Shown here one piece after another: positions 58,257-64,000 of a stretch of 64,000 bases of DNA (position 1 is the stretch's first letter; each line of letters begins with the position of its first letter). The stretch covers positions 1,617,255 to 1,681,254 of the forward strand of contig NW_004797298.1 in the NCBI RefSeq assembly GCF_000002075.1. The letters are read 5' to 3'. Below the pieces are notes generated by a model, which saw only the letters and a program-made list of their open reading frames with translations, had not been told where the DNA came from and searched no databases. This DNA is from Aplysia californica. Lineage: Eukaryota. Position numbers and translations under genes: made by a program.

Positions 58257-61200
58257 ATGGGTGCTAGTATTACAAGAACCGATTTTGAGTGGTCTTATAC
58301 TGAGGAACCGCACGCTTCCCGAAGGAAGGAGATGTTGGGTGAGTGTTCTGTTTCATAACTTTCACTGACTTCTGAGCTCCACCTAGATCTAGATCTAGAT
58401 CTAGATCTAGAATCTAGATCTAGATCTAGATCTAGATTAGATCTAGACTTCTCTAGATCTAGATCTAGATCTAGATCTATAATCTAGATCTAGATCTACC
58501 AGACCCAGACTAGCCTTGAAGGGAGGACTTCCGTAACGAGCGACCACTATGAGACAGAGCAGAATTGAGGGCTTGGGCTTGGGGGAGGGGTAGGGTTAGG
58601 TCTAGAATCTAAATCTAGATTAGATCTAGGCCTCTTCTTTATTGTTTTGATGGGGTGGTCGCTCATTACGGAAGTCCTTCCCTATTGAATAATAACTTTT
58701 GAATTAGAATCCTAATTTTGATGCAGATTCTGTATAATAAATAAAGAATCTAGATCTAGATTAGACTAGCTAGATCTAGATCTAGATCTAGATCTAGATC
58801 TATCTACTATCTAGATCTAGATCTATCTACTATCTAGATCTAGATATAGATCTAGATGTCTAGATCTAGATCTAGATCTAGTTTCGGAGTCAAAACTCTC
58901 CTCAATCATAATCATGGACATGGTGTAGATTCTGGTTCTTGTCTTGAGTTCGTTTAATCTAGATCTAGATTCTAGATTTAGATCTAGATTCTAGATATCT
59001 AGATCTCTAGATATCTACATCTAGATTAGATTCTAGAGAGGTGATCTTATACTTTAGCACGTTAAATTCCCAAAGTCTATTAATCCCCGACTCAGATAGA
59101 ACTTCAAAACTTTGAGCTGGGCCTTAAAATGCGCAAACTACCGTAATTTTGTTATGGACAGATGGTATAACATTGGTTTTTGGTCTTCTATTATGATTTT
59201 GGAAGCCATTGATGAGTATAATCTAGATCTAGATCTAGATCTAGATGCTAATATCTAGATGAGGTCGCTCGCTACGGAAGTCCTCAATTGAAGAATTTAA
59301 CGTGCTAAAATATAAGGTCACCTCCAGAGATTAATTAGACTCTAGTATCTAAAACTTAAAGTTCCTTTTGTAAATTTTTACTTTCACTCCCGCACACAGC
59401 ACTGTTTCGGGGGTCAAACTGCAGTACCATTTGCTGCAGATCACACTTAAAAATACTAGATAACTCGCAAATCAATTATTTTCAGGAAAATTTCAAATCT
59501 AATCTTTAAATCTAATTGTAAAATATTGGAACTCGCCGATTGGTCCAAAGCACGTCTATCTCGATTAAGAACAATCAAATATTTCAAAGACTATAAATTT
59601 GCGACAGAAATGAAGTTGATATTCGTGTTCAGCGCTTCAATATTTAGTAGAAAATGGACAACTGGTAGCTAAGTGTGAGACAGGAGGGAAGGTAAAAAAA
59701 ATACCGTTCCTTTATTTTAAGGAAGAGGCTAGCCGTACTTAATGACGGCTAGACTGGTAGACTGACCATTTTTAAAAAATAGGCCTACTGAATTGTAAAT
59801 ATAAATTGTTAGTGTGCAGTACCTAAAGTATTTGTATTTGAGACGAAACCAGGTGCCCTAATGACAGTGCATGTATTTTAAACTTCCTGTTTCTAATGTT
59901 AATAGGGCTTAAGATAAGTACGGCTAAACTGGCAGTCTAGCCGTACTTAAGTACAGGTAGACAGCCAGGCTAGCCGTACTTAAGGACGGCTAGACTGTCA
60001 GGCTAGCCGTACTTAATATTGATGGCTGAATTGTAAATGAAATTTTTTGTTTGCAATGCCTAAAGTATTTGTATTTCAGACAAAACCAAAAGGTGCCTTA
60101 CTGACTAAGTGACTTGCATGTATTTGAACCTGAATAATTTCTAGATCTGGATCTAATGAGACCTATCACATCATGTACTTACAGGATTGAGTCAGGGCCA
60201 AACCTAGATCTAAGTACGGCTAGCCACTTCGTTATTTTTAAGTCCATTATTTTAAGGACTTAGATCTATATATATATATATATATAAATATATTTTAATT
60301 TAAGTAAAGTAGATTGCCAAGCAAAGTCTCTCCTTTATCTCTAGATCTAGATCTATCTCATTATATTTTATAATCCGTATTAGAATCAGATCAAGTCAAG
60401 GGGGCTCTTGTGGCCTAGAGGTTAAGGTGTTGGCCTCTCACTCAAAGGTCCCGGGTTCGAATCTGGGTAGCGACAGAAAAATTTTCTTCTCTAAAATTGT
60501 CTCCTTTCACCTCCTTTCCTGCTCTCTAGCAATGTTCTGTTGTCTGCTTTCATTTCCACTTTCTGCCCCCACCCCCTCACCTCCTTTGCCTCCTCCTCTA
60601 GGCTCCTGACTCTTTCTGCAGCCTTTCTACTGCTACTCCATGGCTCCTCCTTACTGCTGTTTTTCTGCCACACCCCTGATCTTCTGGTAGGAAAGATCTA
60701 CACCTAGCCTTCTCGGACAAGGGCGAAAAATCTCGGGGGGGGGCCGTTTGCAAGTTGCGCACGTTAAAGATCCCTTGGTGGTCTAAAATCGATAAGCATA
60801 AGCTTCGGCCGCCACCCGGGCAAAATTCAAAATTTCCTACCAACTGAAAATATTAGGTGTGTCCCGCGCGCTCATATGACCTTATGCAGTTGCGAGCGCC
60901 GTAAAACACGTTGCAAAAATTACAAAAAGGTCAAGGTGGGGGGGGGGGATTTCTGAACTGGCAATGGATAATCGATGTAAGACACACCGATACGGCGGGA
61001 GGACTTCTGTAACGAGCGACCACTATGAGACAGAGCAAAATTGAGGGCTAGGGGTAGGGGTAGATCTAGGGTTAGGGTTAGGCCTCTTCTTTATTGTGTT
61101 TGGTGGGGGGGTCGCTCGTTACGGAAGTCCTTCCAATACGGCTATAGAAGATAAAAATTTGATTGATCTAAATAAGTGCAGTAAGTAAGCCTATCTTCTT

Positions 61201-63998
61201 CTGCAATAGACTCAAGATCTATGTTTTATTTAGATGAGAATAAGACCGTAGATGGAAACTAGGCTATTTTCTCGAAAGTTTCTAATCTTAAACACGCTCA
61301 AAGAAAACACCACTATTTTTTCTAAGGCAAGGCCTGCTCTGGGGGCTCAGCAGAAGTCGACTTAGAATCTAGGCTAAATATTAATGCATTTTTATTTCAA
61401 AGTGACTATTTCTCCGAACACTCGTGGAAATAAACTTGACCTTTGTTTCTTCTAACGTTCGGAGAAATGGAGTTCAAGTTTATTTTCCTGAGCGTTTGGA
61501 GAAATAGAGCCCGCCTTTTATTTTTAGTTCACATCTTTCAATGCATATTCTCAGTCAAGGATTCAAGATCAACTCTGGATGTTATCAACTCTGCATTATA
61601 TTTGATCATTATGATAGACTGTTCGATTTGAGCTGTCGCAGTCAATTATTTATTATATATATGTGCATGGAAAGACTTCCGTAACAAGCAACCACCCTAA
61701 CAAACACAATAGAGAACAGACCTTACCTAACCAAACCCTAAACCATACCCCTGCCCCTCTATTCTACTCTGTCTCATTGAGTGGTTGCTTGTTACGGAAG
61801 TCCTCCCAAATTCAAATATATATATATATATGACAAAGCCACACACAAGTTTTGGGGTCAGACAATGCTTTTGGGTTACTTAAAGTAACAGGAATATTTT
61901 TTAATGCTTTTTGGAGGCCTAGTCTTGAACTGAATCTTTTAAATGTTGTGGAACTGATCCTGTGATGGACAGTGACAGGCAGTGACAGTCCTTTATAATT
62001 TTTGGAAGTCGCTAATTTTGCTTAAGGGGTGTTTCAAGTGAACAAAATCTATTTGTTAGGTTGTTGACACTTTGCGGTCACTTGGCGCAAAATGCGACAG
62101 TGGAAATTATCTGTTCTGGTCACCTGCACCAGGCCTGAGACCTCTGTTGCAGTCACTCTATTGACTGGGTGACCAGGTGGGGTATTTTGCACTGCCAGCT
62201 GCTTGACTACAAAGTGTTAATAGTTAACTGGTGACTAGTGTTAAGACCAGTAGTGAATCTTCTAAACTTGTCCAAAATAAATTTGGGAGACCATTTTATG
62301 CTCAGTTTCTTTAGTTGGGTTTTTTTTTCTTTTTAATTGGTAGAATTAGATTAAAAGTATTTGTACTGAGTTCAGTAGTTCATTTCAGTGAAATTTCTTG
62401 AGCCCTGAAGGGAGAAGCATATTTCATTGTGAATTTGGTAGTGGATGATCATTTAGGCAGCCAATAGTTTCATGAAACAAGTAAACTAGCCTGATTACTG
62501 GCCCAACTGGGGCACAATATTTTTAAACAAACAACAGTCAAACTTAACACTTTGACCCCACGTGGTGCCGATTGGCTATGGTAAGAAGCCTTCACTTTAC
62601 CCCATTGGATGCAGATTGACACCAGTATAGCAGCACAAAACAGAAATGATTTCCTTTTAGAAAGACATACACCCGCTCTTGTTAAACAAGAGATGGGAAA
62701 CATCAGTACTCTCTGTATCTTGGCAAAAAAACACCCTGATCATATAACGAAACTTTAAACACACATGGAGAAAATTGACCGTGATGGTTACATCTTAATG
62801 TCATCAATATAATATCAGAATCGGAATTAAAAACATTAGATCTTATAAATTCATCGCCCGAATCCTCATCATGGCGACATTAAAACCATAATAACAATCG
62901 TGCTAGACCTGCTCTACATTCTTCAAAGATCTTCTCTTTTATTACAGTGTAAATAAAAAACCAATTTCCGCTATCAAAGGCCACACTCACACAAACCATT
63001 CCGGGAGGAAAACTTTGGTGCTGTCTGGTACATCATATGGGTACCAATTTGTGCTCGCTATGAGGGCTGCATGAGTGAAGAGATAGGGCTGGAAATTATT
63101 AAATTTAAAAAATATCCCATCATGACTTAGGATCGAGAATATTATTCTTTGTCTTTTTTGTTGGGGGGGGGTTGTCTGTGTGTTATACGGATAGATATAT
63201 ATATATCAATCATATGTGTGCTAATTTAGTTGGGTTTTTTTTTGGTCTTTTCCAGCTAAATATCCAGAGATGAAAAAGCTGATGGGCTCAGATCCACGTT
63301 TCAAGTACATTGTCACTGCCATGGTCATACTTCAGTTGCTTGTGTGCTATGCCATGAAGGATCAGTCTTGGATCACTGTGCTTGCTTTTGCATACATATT
63401 TGGTGGAACTATTAATCATTCACTCACTTTGGCAATTCATGAAATTGCCCACAATTTGGCTTTTGGACATGGAAGGCCTCTGACCAACAGGTTTTTTGGA
63501 TTCTTTGTAAACCTTCCGATTGGTGTCCCAATGTCGATATCTTTTAAAAAGTATCATCTGGATCACCATCGTTACCAAGGTGATGAAGAAAAAGATGTGG
63601 ACATTCCTTCATACATGGAGACCAAGTTGTTTACTCGGACCCTATATAAGTTCGTTTGGGTGTGCCTGCAGCCGTGGTTCTACTCAATACGGCCCTTCTT
63701 CATCAATCCAAAACCACTTGGTGCACTGGAGGCCTTTAATATTGTCCTTCAGTTTGCATTTGATTACTTGTTGTGGTACAACTGGGGAATCAAAGCTCTG
63801 GCGTACTTGGTAGTTGGCAGCTTCATGGCCACAAGTCTTCATCCAATGGCTGGCCATTTCATCTCGGAGCATTACATGTTTGTGAAAGGATACGAGACAT
63901 ATTCGTACTACGGCCCCCTCAACTGGTTGACCTGGAATGTAGGTTACCACAATGAGCACCACGATTTCCCCAGCATTCCAGGCTCAAGGCTGCCCCAG
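58257..63998 (+). CDS. DEGS1: Sphingolipid delta(4)-desaturase DES1/DES2 family. Exon 1 CDS 58257-58338, exon 2 63256-63998; the gene continues beyond the window.
   Basis: MGASITRTDFEWSYTEEPHASRRKEML N-terminus (Gly2, myristoylation-type); three His boxes HEIAH, HLDHH, HNEHH; G/gtgagt donor, ttccag acceptor, CAG/gt at the window end. Confidence 0.95.
58383..59260. repeat. (CTAGAT)n palindromic microsatellite blocks, DEGS intron 1
   Basis: Blocks at 58383-58499, 58748-59037 and 59222-59245. Confidence 0.9.
58521..58682. mobile_element. Small foldback MITE (GGAGGACTTCCGTAACGAGCGACC TIR, internal GGGTTAGG); copies at 60997-61134 and 61669-61807
   Basis: Inverted termini; three homologous copies; near-perfect 8-bp TSD (G/A)ATACGGC at copy 2. 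Confidence 0.75.
59038..59324. mobile_element. MITE with about 30-bp TIR
   Basis: GAGGTGATCTTATACTTTAGCACGTTAAATTC / GAATTTAACGTGCTAAAATATAAGGTCACCTC. Confidence 0.65.
59721..60230. mobile_element. MITE built from CTAGCCGTACTTAA repeats
   Basis: Inverted ends GAAGAGGCTAGCCGTACTTA / TAAGTACGGCTAGCCACTTC; internal direct copies. Confidence 0.6.
60400..60908 (+). mobile_element. tRNA-derived SINE with a Deu/Nin-like core; other copies at about 44910-45275 (-), 48135-48348 (-), 780-1030 (+, partial)
   Basis: A box TGGCCTAGAGG, B box GGTTCGAATC, core GCACGTTAAAGATCCC, 3' tail CATATGACCTTATGCAGTTGCGAGCGCCGTAAAAC. Confidence 0.8.
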
Positions 63999-64000
63999 GT

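Noticed and set aside
60400-60475. tRNA-like sequences (also about 48270-48348, 530-600, 1135-1205)
   Set aside because: No complete cloverleaf or terminator; they continue into SINE bodies
58590-61085. TTAGGG hexamers (also within the piggyBac TIR) as interstitial telomere
   Set aside because: Only 1-2 units each, embedded in MITEs or TIRs

Overview
Animal genomic DNA: AT-rich, intron-rich and microsatellite-rich, with several N gaps. The repeat landscape looks mollusc/lophotrochozoan-like, which is inference only. There are three spliced genes. (1) PAF1 (+): 12 identifiable coding exons at 6814-30238, the 5'-most exon(s) not found, ending in an acidic/RS-rich tail. (2) YY1/Pho (-): ATG at 57420, REPO domain and four C2H2 fingers ending near 46125. 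(3) A DEGS1/2-type sphingolipid desaturase (+): ATG at 58257, head-to-head with YY1. A structurally intact 2.3-kb piggyBac (TTAA TSDs, perfect 15-bp TIRs, 577-aa DDD transposase) sits in sense orientation in a PAF1 intron. The strongest unannotated signal is five paralogous box C/D snoRNAs (40235-43440, - strand) downstream of the YY1 zinc-finger exon. They share an invariant D-box guide complementary to 28S rRNA UACUAUCUAGC (the yeast snR65/Um2347 site) and appear to be hosted by a spliced 3' extension of YY1 that begins at a GT donor overlapping the stop codon. YY1 intron 1 holds a tight cluster of YY1 motifs, a probable autoregulatory element. The remainder is MITEs, SINEs, LINE relics and (CTAGAT)n palindromic arrays. 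All coordinates were counted by hand; repeat boundaries are approximate.
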